From assembly GCA_951406725.2 (NCBI GenBank), contig OX597828.1, forward strand, positions 7,378,001 through 7,442,000: 64,000 bases of DNA, in the 5' to 3' direction. The position numbers were made by a program, and so were the translations under genes. Shown here piece by piece: positions 13,808 to 26,608 of this stretch. Every line of letters starts with the position of its first letter. The stretch's first letter is position 1. The notes under the pieces were generated by a model. It was given only the letters and a program-made list of their open reading frames with translations, had not been told where the DNA came from and made no database searches. The stretch is from Octopus vulgaris (lineage: Eukaryota).

Positions 13808-14079
13808 TTTCTCTCTCTCTCTCTCTCTCTCACTCTGTCGACCATACACAGAACTTTATATGACTAAATTTAGTTTAACCGGTTATTATTTTACCTACTG
13901 AAAATATTGAAGTATCTTAAACATTTGCCGACATAAAAAGCTGTATTTGGAATTTGTTTGACTGAAAACTAGAGCATCAGGCTCGTGTGTCCTGATATTT
14001 CGGGGGAAATGAGCTAACCATTCACATTAACCGTTGCCAGATAATATATCGTGAGATTATCGTTACCGAATACTTATTC

Positions 14080-14920
14080 GTTAGGGCGTCGGAGAAAATG
14101 CATCGCGTTATTTGTTCCGGGTCTTTACGTTCTAAGTTCAAATCCGACTAATATCAATTTCACCTTTTCATCGCTCTTGGGTCGATAAAGTTATATGGAA
14201 CCAAGAACTCAAGTTATGGGATCAATATAATCGGCTAATCCTTATATCCAAATTTCTGACTCTTTGCCCATTTCAGAAATTAAGGGCAATGGCCTGTAAA
14301 AGCGTTAGAGCGTTGGAGAAAACGCTTTGCATTATTTATTCGGCTTTAAGGTGTTGAGCTGGCAGAGTCATTAGCACACCGAAATAAATGCTTAGCGGCC
14401 TTTCTTCCGACTCTTTACGTCCTGTGTTCAAATTACAACGAGGTCAACTTGGCATATCATCTTTTCGGGGTCGATAAAATAAGTATCAGTTAAGCATTAG
14501 GATCCCTGCAATCATCTAACCCAACCCCCTAAAATTGCTGGGCTTGTGCCAAAATTCGAAGCCATTACTCATACCGGCTAAAGGTTCTGAGATGGCAGAA
14601 TCGTTAGCGCGTCGGACAAAATGCTCAAAAGCATTTCGTCCGTCTTCATGTTCCAATTTCAAATTCCGCCGAGCTCGACTTTGTCTTTTATCCTTTCTGG
14701 GTCGATAAAATACCAGTCGAGTATTGGAGTCGATGTTATCGACTAGCACCATTTCCCCAAAATTCTGGTCTTGTGCCTAGGAGTATTTGTTCCGGCTATC
14801 TAAGTTCTGAGTTCAAACAACACCTGGTTGAACTTTGCCTTTCATTCTTTCGAGATTGCTAAAAGAAAGTAACAGTGAAGTCAAGGACTGTATTCAGTAT
14901 GATTGACTAATCCCATCCTC
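14080..14920 (+). mobile_element. Cluster of old, diverged family D SINE copies (about 4 units)
   Basis: Repeated GTTCAAAT..CTTTCATC.TTTCGGGGTCGATAAAA cores with the older tail CCCCAAAATTGCTGG.CTTGTGCC. Confidence 0.75.
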
Positions 14921-17900
14921 GTGATATCTGTCCTGGTATCAGTTTAATAAATTACTATTTAACTGAAAATAAAGTTAATACGTGCAAATAGGCCTCCTGT
15001 GAAAACAACTGTTTAGTCAAATGGAAAAAACAATGTCCTTTTTGAAGTGCGTTAAGCTGCTCTATTGTTATCTCAGACTTACTTAGGTAGGTAACCTCTT
15101 GTCGCCAACTTACTGACTTAGTTCGATGGCTCTTATTTATGATGGTGACCAATTTATTGTAATATACCGCTGGCATTCTTTCATCGATGATTCCCATGAG
15201 AAAGGTGGTGCAATATGTGAAGAACTTTGAACCTGCCGTGATATTGAATTCTATAGACACAACATGAGTTTAGTAACTAACGTCATGATTTAAAATTGTT
15301 TCCATAATGCCAGTTAAGTGTGTTCTTGTCTTCTTGTCGACTTCATCACGAGTGCAGTGGACAAGCTGGTTGTCAAAACATTGCATCGCTTATCTTTCGC
15401 TTTCTCTAACGATTCAGTTTTAAAATATTAACAATTTCTTTCTTTTTGTTTTAACTATTTTGATTAAACAGAAATAATACTAACTACTTCTATACTCTAT
15501 CTACACCTTGGTGCTATAATTCATTGCTTGTGTTTTATTATTTTAGTTACCAATACAAGGCAAGTACACCAAGTACCAATGCAGCTGAAAGGACAGAGCC
15601 ATTATATGGTCGTTCGACTTACTAGAAATAGCAACCAATCCGTTTTAAATCGTACTTTACAATCTTTAAACAGTAAATTAATTGAGTAATTAAGGCATCT
15701 GATGGGAGAAAAAAAACAACAACTTTGCGCTGTTTATTCGGGATCATTGAATTCCGCGTTCAAATCCCACCGAAAACAACATTGTGGGGTCGATAAATGA
15801 AATATTGATCTAGAGCGGTGAATAGCAGTTCCAGTTCCCTGGGCTCCGAGTCCAAATATCACTGTGGGCTGCTTGAGTAGTAGACTCAATCTAAACGCAT
15901 TTTAACACTATCACCCGGTCTTTAGCTGTGTTGAGTAGGGTTCAGTCTGTTTCAGTTATCATAACTGAGTCGGGACTCCCGTCTGGTCATACCTTCTTCC
16001 TTTCCTCCTGTCACTCATGAAGGCCCAGAGACGAGTCACAGTCTCATAAAGCGATAAAAAGTAAAAAGGAAGGCGCACTAAATTAGATACTCCTAGATAT
16101 GCACAAAAATTAGCATTGTTACAGTTTTAATGGAAGACAAATAAATTCCACTTAGAAGATAAGCTTGCGTCAAATTAAGCGTCATGGTCTTTTCGATATA
16201 TCTTTAAAGAATAACTTCATGAAATGAGGACAATAGAAATTTTTGTATACATTCATTCTGTTTCAAGGAAACCCTCGATTGGGCATTTACGTGGTGTATT
16301 CTTGTAGGATCCTTGATAGTGGGTCCACGTTTAGATATTGCAGACCACGTCAGCGGAACATGAATAACCCCAAATTAGCTGATCAATAAACATAAACTTC
16401 TCCAAAAAAAAAAAAAAAAAGAAAAAAGGATTCTTTTTTAATCTTTTATCTTTGAATTGTTTGACATTCAGCCATTACACCGTGACAATATTGGGCCACC
16501 GAACTGAAGAACTTTTTAGTCGAATGAATCGACCCCAGTTAGATGAATAATTATTTTTGGCAAGCAATAATAAATATGGTAAAAAAAAAACCCAACTATT
16601 GCAATAAAGGAAATAACTCAAATGAGCCGATGGCATGCTTTTAAGATGAACCAAGTACGTATGGATGTACAGAATGGACTTAGGCACTAATAAAGATGAA
16701 TTTTCTCCTTAAATATAAGAATTGTTTTACAATTATTTATAGACTGAAATTATCTCCCTCATCGTGAATTACAAATGAATACCACTCCTTCTCTCTCTCT
16801 CTACATCTCCTCCCTCTCTGTATGAGTGAGTGTTTGTCTTCTCCGACAAATGTTCAACTAATTGAGAATTTTTGCGCATGGCATTTAGCACGCAAGCACC
16901 TACATAATCTCAATCCATACCAATGGCTTATTTGAGCTATTTCCTTTAGTTCAATTTTATATTTATAGGCATATGTATACAATATCATTTATACCCTTTA
17001 TTCGTAAAGTGAGTGCTACATAGCTTTTGCAGGGCGTTGGGTTTATTTCAGTAAGTGTTATTAACGAAGGCATTCCTGAGGCACATTGGTTTCGTTAACA
17101 ATAAACCATATTGACATTTCCTGTGTTATTATGTTCTACAAAATTGTATGACCCATTTTCAGGGTGTATCTGTTAAGTATGGCATGCAAACGCCAAGTGT
17201 TCGGGTCAAAAAAAGAAAGAAAATATTTGGCATCAGCGTTTCTATTGTTTAGCCCAAGGTCAACCTGGTCGACGAGACTTATGGTTAATTGCTTTCCAGC
17301 CGTAAAAACCGCATTGTTTTTAACGGCATAGTGTATCTAGAACAACATTATCCAAAGTATCTCTCTTTGTTTTAAGATGATAGGGTCTAATTTGCGAGAG
17401 ATTTGACGTAGAAGCTCATCCGTTGGTTCGTTTTTGATATTCAGTCCTCCAATTTTCTTCCTTTCCTTCTAAGCTGTAATGGAAGATAATTTATCCCTCA
17501 AACTGTATCCTACATTGGACATGTGGTAGTCGTAGCAAATGAAAGGAACCGTCAGGATTCGAACACCTTTGGTCATAAATATATTCGATCTGTTCTGAAT
17601 TGGTAATAAACAACAACAAGAATAACAACATAAAGCTTATGTTCAGTGCCAATCTTTACCGAAAGAGATGTGATTAACAGCATATTACTATGACATAACA
17701 ATTCAGCGTTTAAAAGGTGTTTGGACAGATCTGATAATTCTTCTTCGTTTAAGTTTAGACAGAATCTATCAAACTTGTTGTTGATGTGGTTGGCACTATC
17801 CTCTTTATTTGTCTGTCAATAGCTAGGATTTCCTCCAGTGCCTACTGAAGTAATCCAAACTTGAGGGCCAATAATAGTACTGAAAATGTAACGTGGCATA

Positions 17901-17964
17901 TTGATTTCTGTTCATATGGAAAACTTCAGATTATCAGCACAATCTTGAATATATGCATGCGTAA

Positions 17965-17980
17965 GCATGTACGTACGTAC

Positions 17981-18011
<31 letters not shown>

Positions 18012-18340
18012 TGTATGTATGTATGTATGTATGTATGTATGTATGTATGTATGTATGCATGTATGTATGTATGTATGTATGTATGTATGCATGTATGCAT
18101 GTATGTATGTATGTATGTATGTATGTATGTATGTATGTATGTATGCATGTATGCATGTATGTATGTATGTATGTATGTATGTATGTATGCATGTATGCAT
18201 GTACGTACGTACGTATGTATGTATGTATGTATGTATGTATGTATGCATGTATGCATGTATGTATGCATGCATGTATGTATGTATGTATGTATGTATGTAT
18301 CAATGCATGTAGGTATCTATGTATCTATGCATGCATGTAA
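17965..18340. repeat. (TATG)n array with interspersed CATG/TACG units
   Basis: Read directly from the sequence. Confidence 0.95.
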
Positions 18341-18410
18341 GAACGTACATACGTATGTGTGTATTATGTACATATGAGTGTGTGCAACTGTTGTACCAGT
18401 ATTCACTTAA

Positions 18411-18469
<59 letters not shown>

Positions 18470-18533
18470 CGCACATATGTTTGTGAGTGTGCATTTGAAT
18501 GTGTGTGTTAGTGTATCTGAGTGTGTGTATGTC

Positions 18534-18806
18534 TGTGTGATATAAAACTTGCTTCCCAACCACATGGTTCCGAGTTCAGTCCCACCGCGTGGCACCTTGA
18601 GCAACTGTTTTCTACTATAGTCTCAGGCTTACCAACGCCTTGTGAGTGAATTTGGTAGACGGAAACTGTAAGAAGCCTGTCGTATATATATATATATATA
18701 CATACATATACATATGACTATGTACGTGTGTCTGTGTTTGTTCCACCACCATCGCTTGACAACCGATGTTGGTTTGTTTATGTCCTCGTAGCCTAGCGGT
18801 TCAGAA
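18534..18806 (+). mobile_element. tRNA-derived SINE, family C (3'-truncated)
   Basis: GCTTCCCAACCACATGGTTCCGAGTTCAGTCCCAC..CACCTTG.GCAA..TCTACTATAG head/core; internal (TA)n. Confidence 0.8.
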
Positions 18807-18807
18807 C

Positions 18808-18845
<38 letters not shown>

Positions 18846-18858
18846 GTATGTATATATA

Positions 18859-19220
18859 GGCGCAGGTGTGTTTGTGTGGTATATAGCTTGCTTACCAACC
18901 ACTTGGTCCCAAGTTCAGTCCCACTGCGTGTCTTCTACTATAGCCTCGGGCCGACCACAGCCTTGTGAGTGGGTTTGGTAGACGGAAACGGAAAGAAACA
19001 CGTCGTATATATATATATATGTGTGTGTCTGCTTGTCCCCCACCATCGTTCGACAAGCGATGTTGGAGTGTTTACGTCACCCGTAATTAGGGGTTCGCCA
19101 AAAGAGAGCGAGAGAATAAGTACTAGGCTTACAAGGACTAGGTCCTGGGGTCGATTTGTTCGACTAAAGGCGGTGCTCCAACATAGCCACAGTTAAATGA
19201 CTGAAAAAAATATAAAAGAA
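18859..19220 (+). mobile_element. SINE family C
   Basis: Homologous to 23502-23918, including the tail GGCGGTGCTCCA..CACAGT.AAATGACTGAAA. Confidence 0.85.
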
Positions 19221-20147
19221 CAATATAATATATATGTATGTATGTGTGTGCATGTATGTATGTATATGTATTATGTATGTGTGTGTGCGCGTGTGCGCGC
19301 GCAGTACATGCCTACATACATATATACATACATGTATACATACATACATACATACATACTTACATACAAACATATATACATGCATGCATGCATACATACA
19401 TACATACATACATACACACATACATACATACTTACATACATACATACATACATACATGCATACATGCATACATACATACATACATACACACATACATACA
19501 TACATACTTACTTACATACATGCATGCATGCATGCATGCCTACATACATACATACATACATACATACATACATACATGCATACATACATACATACATAAA
19601 TACATATATACATACTTACATACATACATACAGTACTGAAATATATGGTAAACAATTTCCTTAATTTTCCTTTCTTTTATTTTTTATTTATTTCTTTTTA
19701 TTTTGCCCTGTTAGACTTCTATGAGAATATGTATAGCTGTATACAATCTTTACAAACAACTCCCTCCAATTAATTAATAGTACGCTACGGAGTGTTTGGA
19801 AGTGATTTTAAAAGGAAGACATATATATTTGATACATGTATAATTTATCTGCGCTGTGACAAGTTGGAAAGTATTTACAGCAAATGACCGGACAGAAAAA
19901 GCGATCAGTTGAATTAGTAACTTGTCTCATTAAACTTTCAATAACGTCTGTTCTTTATGCTTCTATGTTTGTATGTATGCTTATATATCTGTGTATATCC
20001 ATGTATTTGTGTATTTTTATTTTCTATTTAGTATCTATTCGTCTGTTTATCTATCTATTAATCAATTTCTCTTTCCCCTATGTGTCAGTCTGTCTGTCTG
20101 TCTGTGTGTTTGTCCCTCTTTCTCTCTCTCTCTCTCTCCCTCTTATA

Positions 20148-20190
<43 letters not shown>

Positions 20191-20240
20191 TTGACCCAAC
20201 ATTTTGTTGGGTGAAATACTGGACGTGCTCGACCATTATT

Positions 20241-20430
20241 CGCCATGATAGATCGGTAGCCTTTACACACATTTTTTTCTCTCCTTGTTTCTTTCTGAGT
20301 TCCTTTCTGTGGAAGAGCGTAGGCTCGAAACGTTAAAAACTTTTTCTATTCCTGAGCGTTATACTAATACATCTGTTTGTTCTCTACACCACCTGTCTTC
20401 GTCTTTTTGGTTTTTTACGTGAATTCTCCC

Positions 20431-20432
<2 letters not shown>
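20241..20432 (+). mobile_element. Family E: ~190-bp (TA)n-associated element with minimal hammerhead variant (20303-20338)
   Basis: CUUU-CUGUGGA-A-GAGC-GUAG-GCUC-GAAAC-GUU-AAAA; five homologous copies in the window. Confidence 0.75.
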
Positions 20433-20529
<97 letters not shown>

Positions 20530-20949
20530 TATATATAACTCTCTATCTATTTGTTTCTCTCTCTATCCCCCCCTCTCTCTCTCTCTAAATGTCTATCTAT
20601 CTATCTTCCTATAGGTAAATATATCATTCAATTTAGTGCATTGATTGTATATAAAGGGATAACCAATTTGGCTCAGAGGTGAATTTCACCAACAGCTGAG
20701 GTGATTCCACTGCATAACCACTTGAGTTTACGTATTTTCCATAGCTTTGTGTAACCAAAGAATTTTGAGCGAATTTTGTTTGATTACAATATTTCACTTA
20801 ACCTTCTTATATGGAAAACGCGATTGTAATCGAGTTTAAACTACTTAATATCTACCGGTTTCCCTATTTGTCTTCCTTATTTACTTTTAAGCAATAGCGT
20901 TTTGATTTTCAATGACATTTCGTTCGATATTTTCTAGATCCTTCCCTAA

Positions 20950-22151
20950 CAATATCGTAAAAGAGGTTCGTTGCAGTTACCAATAGCATCAATAGTCGAA
21001 ATATATAAGTTGGGGAAGATACGGACGGTCATGATGCTGAGAGAATCGAAGGATATGGAAATCAGGCGTAACCCACCAGAGGTGAAAATAGCCAGGAAGT
21101 GGAAAGCAGAAGCAGAAACTGACAACATCTTGTCTTCTCTTATACACAGAGATATGGTGGGAGCAACGCAGAACCATCGGAAAGGATTTGGTTTTGGCGC
21201 AGATCAGTTCAGACCGTTTGCAAGCATGATGCAGTGTGAACGCAGATCTGTTGTTAGCAACAGCGTCAAAACAAGAGAAGCAGAGAGAAGAGGGCTTCAT
21301 TTGATCCGATGTGTTCATCAAGGTCAGATGACGAGATGGGAAGAACATGTTGAGAGGAAGATAAGTTGGGATGAGATGTGGAAGTGGACGACATCTCGGC
21401 TGAGTTTCCTGATTCGTTCATCTTATGATGTTTTGCCATCACCTACGAATCTAGTAAGATGGAACGTCTTAGAGAATGACATCTGCAAATGTGGAAAGGT
21501 CGGTACACTAAAACATATTCTTTCCAACTGTTCATTAGCATTGAACAGGTACACATGGAGGCACAACTTGGTCCTTAAGGTTATCTTCAATGCTATAAAG
21601 AACCAAATTCATCTCAACAACACTGAGGAAAAATCGTTAAAAGTACCATCAAGAGAGTTCATTACCTTCGTGCGATCAGGTCAGCAGATCCGTTTCAAGA
21701 AGAAGACCAAGAAACTTCCTGAGAAAAATGAAAAGTGGAACGGCTATTGGGAAGTAACTGCAGATTTACCTGGGTGCCAGATTTTCTTTCCCATCCCAGT
21801 TTCGAAAAAACCAGATATTTTGATGTGGTGTGAAAGAAAGAAAGTTGTAAATATAGTCGAACTAACGGTTACTCACGAAGATAATATGGACGCCGCTCGA
21901 GCTCGAAATTAAACCGTTATGAAAACCTCCTCGAGGAATGTGAAGACGCAGGCTGGAAAGCGGAACATTTTCCTATCGAAGTCGGATGTAGAGGGTTTGT
22001 AGGACACAGCGTGAGACGACTGTTGTTATCGTTAGGCCCAACTCATCGTAAAGTCAATACCACCATGACTGATATCCAATCTACAGTGGAGAAGGCTAGC
22101 CACTGGATTTGGTTAAAAAGAGACGATGAGCGATGGCTAGAAGTATATTGA
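20950..22151 (+). pseudogene. 5'-truncated RLE-type non-LTR retrotransposon (HERO-like): post-RT region, CCHC knuckle and restriction-like endonuclease
   Basis: ORF 20971-21912 has CKCGKVGTLKHILSNC, RYTWRHNLVL and KPDILMW..IVELTV.HE. After a 1-nt frameshift at ~21907 it continues LNRYENL..GWK..FPIEVGCRGF..EKASHWIWLKR to TGA at 22149-22151. Clade assignment is from recalled motifs. Confidence 0.85.
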
Positions 22152-22171
22152 GTTCTTCATAACCAGCTGAT

Positions 22172-22298
22172 CTAGCAAGCGGGGCCTCATATCAGTGAGG
22201 GGGGCCGGTGCGCATTGATGCCGTCGAGAGGTAGGCCCCGAAACGGCGCGCATTCTCTCCTGATGACCCTATACACTTGCTAGCTTCCGATATACGGA
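22172..22298 (+). ncRNA. Structured retrotransposon 3' UTR containing hammerhead core segments in non-canonical order
   Basis: Closing helix CTAGCAAG/CTTGCTAG; GCCGTC|GAGAG (22220-30); GGCCCC-GAAA-CGGC (22234-47); CTCTC-CTGATGA-CCCT (22255-70). Confidence 0.6.
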
Positions 22299-22379
22299 GT
22301 TTTTAACTGATAGCACTTGCATGTGCAAGTTGTTTGCAAGACATATATTCACTGCAAAACTTCATGTATGAATATATGC

Positions 22380-22416
<37 letters not shown>

Positions 22417-22518
22417 TATATATATATATATGAATGTATGTATGTGTGGGTGGGTGTGTATGTATTTATATACACACGTTCGTATATATGAATATATATA
22501 TATATGTATACATAATTA

Positions 22519-22885
22519 ATAATACCAGGGTAATAAAGATTTTAGAAACTTTTACTACCAGTAAAAATAATTTACTATGCGAAGTCTTCATCAACAGGGA
22601 CGCCATAGATTAAATATATAAACAACGAGGCCAATCCAGCATGTGTCTTATTGCTTATACATTTTAATTTTTGTCAAATCTACTGCGCTGTTGATGAAGA
22701 CTTCGCCTAGTAAATTATTTTTATTTACTAAAATAAGTCAGAAACGAGGGTCCAGGAAAGAGATGGTAAATGTTTTTCTTTTTCATTCCCTTCGGGAATT
22801 TATCCCTAAGTAGTGGTTTGGACTTTAGCTGTTCTTTCTAGCGCAGAGGATTCCTATGATGGAAATCTCTTAATGTGCTTAAATG
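22519..22885 (+). mobile_element. (TA)n-embedded fold-back element with degenerate hammerhead (22688-22755)
   Basis: 36-bp inverted repeat 22562-22597/22688-22723 (1 mismatch); CUG-UUGAUGA-AGACUU..AAGUCA-GAAAC-GAGG-GUC-CAG. The 3' part resembles 6937-6990. Confidence 0.6.
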
Positions 22886-22904
22886 TACACTGTATATATA
22901 TATA

Positions 22905-23098
22905 TGATAGATCGTTAGCCGCTCGCACATTTTTTTCTCTCCTTGTTTCTCTTCCTGTCTTTTTTGTGTCCCTTTCTGTAAAAGAGCATAGGCTCGAAAC
23001 TTAAAGGATTTTTTCTATTCCTGAGCGTTATACTAATACAACTGCTTGTTTTGTGCACGACCTGTCTTCGTCTTTTGCTTTTTTCGTAAACTCTCCCT
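22905..23098 (+). mobile_element. Family E element (hammerhead variant 22972-23007, decayed)
   Basis: Homologous to 20241-20432. Confidence 0.75.
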
Positions 23099-23501
23099 AT
23101 ATATATATATATATAAGGCTTTCGCTCCACACACGCCAGCTCTGTTTTATTCGTCTCTATCAATCGAAAGATACCTGTTGTTATTTTGTTGTTGTTTGTA
23201 TTTGTATGTGTGTAACGTTTTCTCCGTTTTTATTTGTCTTTGTTGTCGTACACATTCGCTTACTTTCTCCCCAAATATTTAATGCTCTAAGCTTAGATTT
23301 TTGGGGCCAGCCAGATCTGATCAGCCTCAAGTGTAACAGGGCGATACTGTAAGAAAGATTTGGAAACTTGACTGACGAGAGATAACAGCGAAAGACCCGT
23401 CCTTGTTCTTCCTGTCCGTTTCTTTTTATTGTTTTTCCTGTCCGTCATTGTATCGTCTATCTGTCGTCTTCTGCATATTTTGTTCAATATTATATATGTA
23501 T

Positions 23502-23661
23502 GAGTGGCTGTGTGGTAGGTAGCTTGCTTACAAACCTCATGGTTCCGGGTTCAGTCCCACTGTGTGGCACCTTGGGCAAGTGTCTTCTACTATAGCCTCG
23601 GTCCGACCAAGGTCTTGTGAGTGGATTTGGTAGACGGAAACTGAAAGAAGCCCGTCGTATG

Positions 23662-23718
<57 letters not shown>

Positions 23719-23918
23719 TTGTGTGTCTGTATTTGTTCTCCCAACATCGCTTGACAACCGATGCTGGTGTGTTTACGTTCCCGTAAATTAGCAGTTCGGC
23801 AAAAGAGACTGATAGAATAAGTACTAGGCTTACAAAGAATAAATCCTGGTGTCGATTTGCTCGACTAAAGGCGGTGCTCCACCATGGCCACAGTCAAATG
23901 ACTGAAACAAGTAAAAGA
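23502..23918 (+). mobile_element. SINE family C, full length
   Basis: tRNA-like head TGGCTGTGTGGTA..GGTTCCGGGTTCAGTCCC, internal (TA)(TG)n, LINE-like tail. Confidence 0.9.
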
Positions 23919-24982
23919 GTCTTGGGGCCACTGATGTTTATAGTGGCCCTTTCAAACATGCCTTCAGTTGCTACGATGACCACCCTTGCTAGCTATGCAG
24001 ATGACACAAAAGTCTCTCACGCAATACAAAACCCTGAAAATATTGCGCATCTGCAACAGGAGTTGGATACAATATACAGGTGGGCTGAGGACAACAACAT
24101 GCAGTTTAATGCAGGTAAGTTCCAGGCCCTGCGCTACCGGCACACAAAGGTAAACGACGTGTAGACTGGATACACTGGCCCAGGAAGAATTGCAATCCCT
24201 GAGTCAAAATCAGTGCGTGACCTGGGCATTGACATGAGCAATGATGCATCTTTCCAAGTGCATATTGCTAATCTGGTGATAAAATGCAGACGGCTAGCTG
24301 GATGGATTCTCCGAACTTTCAGAACAAGAGAGAAGGAGACACTGATGGTCCTATGGAAAACATTCGTCCTCATCCGCTTGGGCTACTGCTCCCAACTGTG
24401 GTCACCACACAATATAAAACTAACAGCAGAACTCGAAGCAATTCAGAGAAGCTACACAAAGAAAATCGTCTCAATGCAAAATATCAGCTACTGGGAAAGA
24501 TTGAAGGTATTAAACCTCTTCTCCCTAGAGCGGAGGCGGGAGAGATATGCGGTGATATGCATCTGGAAAATCCTGGAGGGTCTTGTCCCAAACTTTGGCA
24601 TTCAAAGTTACCCTAACCGCAGAATGGGGCGCCACTGCATGGTGCCAAGGATTCCAAATCACCATCAAAATACAGGTCCAGATACTGCAACAGCTTGGGT
24701 TTCAGAGGACCACAGCTCTTTAACATCCTCCCTAAATGCCTAAGAGACTTACATGGTGTGGATGTGGGTTTCTTTAAAACTAAACTGGATCTCTTCTTGT
24801 CGGGAGTCCCAGATGAACCTACCTCACGACAGGAGACGCAGATGCGGGCAGCAGCATCGAACGCCCTTGTTGATCAAGTGCCACGTATCAGAGGTGGATT
24901 CACAAATTAGTGTAGCTCATTCAGCGGTGGTGCCCCAGCATGGCCGCGGCCTTCGGGCTAAAATATTTTTAAGGATTTAAGG

Positions 24983-24987
<5 letters not shown>
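23919..24987 (+). pseudogene. 5'-truncated CR1-group LINE (RT C-terminal half plus 3' UTR)
   Basis: VLGPLMF..YADDTK..LQQELD..W..NNMQFNAGK, VRDLGI, YCSQLWSP, LEAIQR, YWERLK.L.L.SLERRRER. In-frame stop at 24162-24164 and a frameshift near 24655; ends in TTTAAGGA repeats then (TA)n. Confidence 0.9.
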
Positions 24988-25041
<54 letters not shown>

Positions 25042-25361
25042 ATACAGACACACACACACACACAAACATATATACATACAATAGTATACATGCACAAAAT
25101 TATCTCCCTTGTTGCACATATGCAAATGAAACCTCATCTCTTCGAGGGCCTTCTGGTCTTCCAAACTCAGACTTTCGCAATAAAATTTGACAGAGAAAAA
25201 CACGTAGATTTTTCGTTACTTCAGTCTATTTTTTATTTGAAAAGAAAGGCTTAATCTTAGAACGAGGAAGCCACTTTCCTTTAATCTTGTATACAGCATT
25301 AACCCGGTAATTACATTCCGTTTTCACTTTGCTCTTACACTATTTTTGGTCGTACATTTCG

Positions 25362-25453
<92 letters not shown>

Positions 25454-25668
25454 ACAAACGTTTATTTCTTTGTCATTTCATTTTCTTAGTTCCGCTCTGT
25501 ACTCGACTAGTGCTTCGTTCTGAAGCATATGTATATTAAAATCTACTCTACGTTATTAAGATAGCAATCCGAATAATAGATAGTCAGATAGATAGATAAA
25601 TAGATAGATAGATGGACATACATACATACATACATACATACATACATACATACATACATACATACATG

Positions 25669-25812
25669 TAACCACACGCGTGCTTTCCTCTGACTAATTT
25701 TACTTCTCTCTGGTTCTTTCATCTTTCCTCTTTCTGACGAAGAACCATGCTTGAAACGTTACTCACTCTTTTTTCCATATTGAGCGTCAGCCTAATACAT
25801 ACACTGTGCTCG
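25669..25812 (+). mobile_element. Decayed family E-related element with hammerhead remnant (25731-25763)
   Basis: UUU-CUGACGA-A-GAAC-CAU-GCUU-GAAAC-GUU followed by TGAGCGTC..CTAATACAT, as in family E. Confidence 0.5.
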
Positions 25813-25932
25813 TATATACATACATACATAAATGTATATACATATATGTATATATATATATATGTGTGTGTGTGTGTATGTATATAGATATATATGTAAT
25901 AAAACTTACTTGGAGTATGTATGTATGTATGT

Positions 25933-25963
<31 letters not shown>

Positions 25964-26571
25964 TATATATATATATATATATAAACACATTTTATACATA
26001 TACACAAATACAAACCGGAATAAGTGGTTATTACTGTTTCTTGTTCACTAGGAACAAAATACTTTCCATTGTTGACTTTTTAAGACTGCGAAGTTGGCAA
26101 GAATTATCACGCATCACCACAAAAAAAAAAAGAAGAAAAAAAGAAAGAATAAAAGAAAAGGAAAACGTTGTTTGTCGAAAGACGATGCCAAAACCATTTC
26201 CATCAGGAACCATTCCTTCGCCTTAGTCTGTTAATACAACAACTATCACAAACAAATATCTTGATATTTTAATTGTACTAATTAACTATACATTAACTGG
26301 AAATAGTTTGTATGTTAGTTCTTTAGAGTTTTTCGGTTTCCATGTTTTGTTTTTTATTTGTGTGTTTGCACGAAAAACTATTTTGTTTGCTTATTATGTT
26401 TTTTAATTAAAAAAATAATTTCTGCTATTTCCTGTTGGCGTACTGTTTCTGTCATTTGAACTCGTGCAGGTTTTTTGACACTAATAAACCAGAAGCGAAC
26501 GAATTACATTTTGTGATTTGCGTTGAAATATACGAATTGTACGGGATAATTTTACATTCTCCTTCTCTCCT

Positions 26572-26608
<37 letters not shown>

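Noticed and set aside
23368-23405. CTGACGA..CGAAAGAC..GTC hammerhead-like string
   Set aside because: Stems I and II do not pair; possibly a dead remnant but not supportable.
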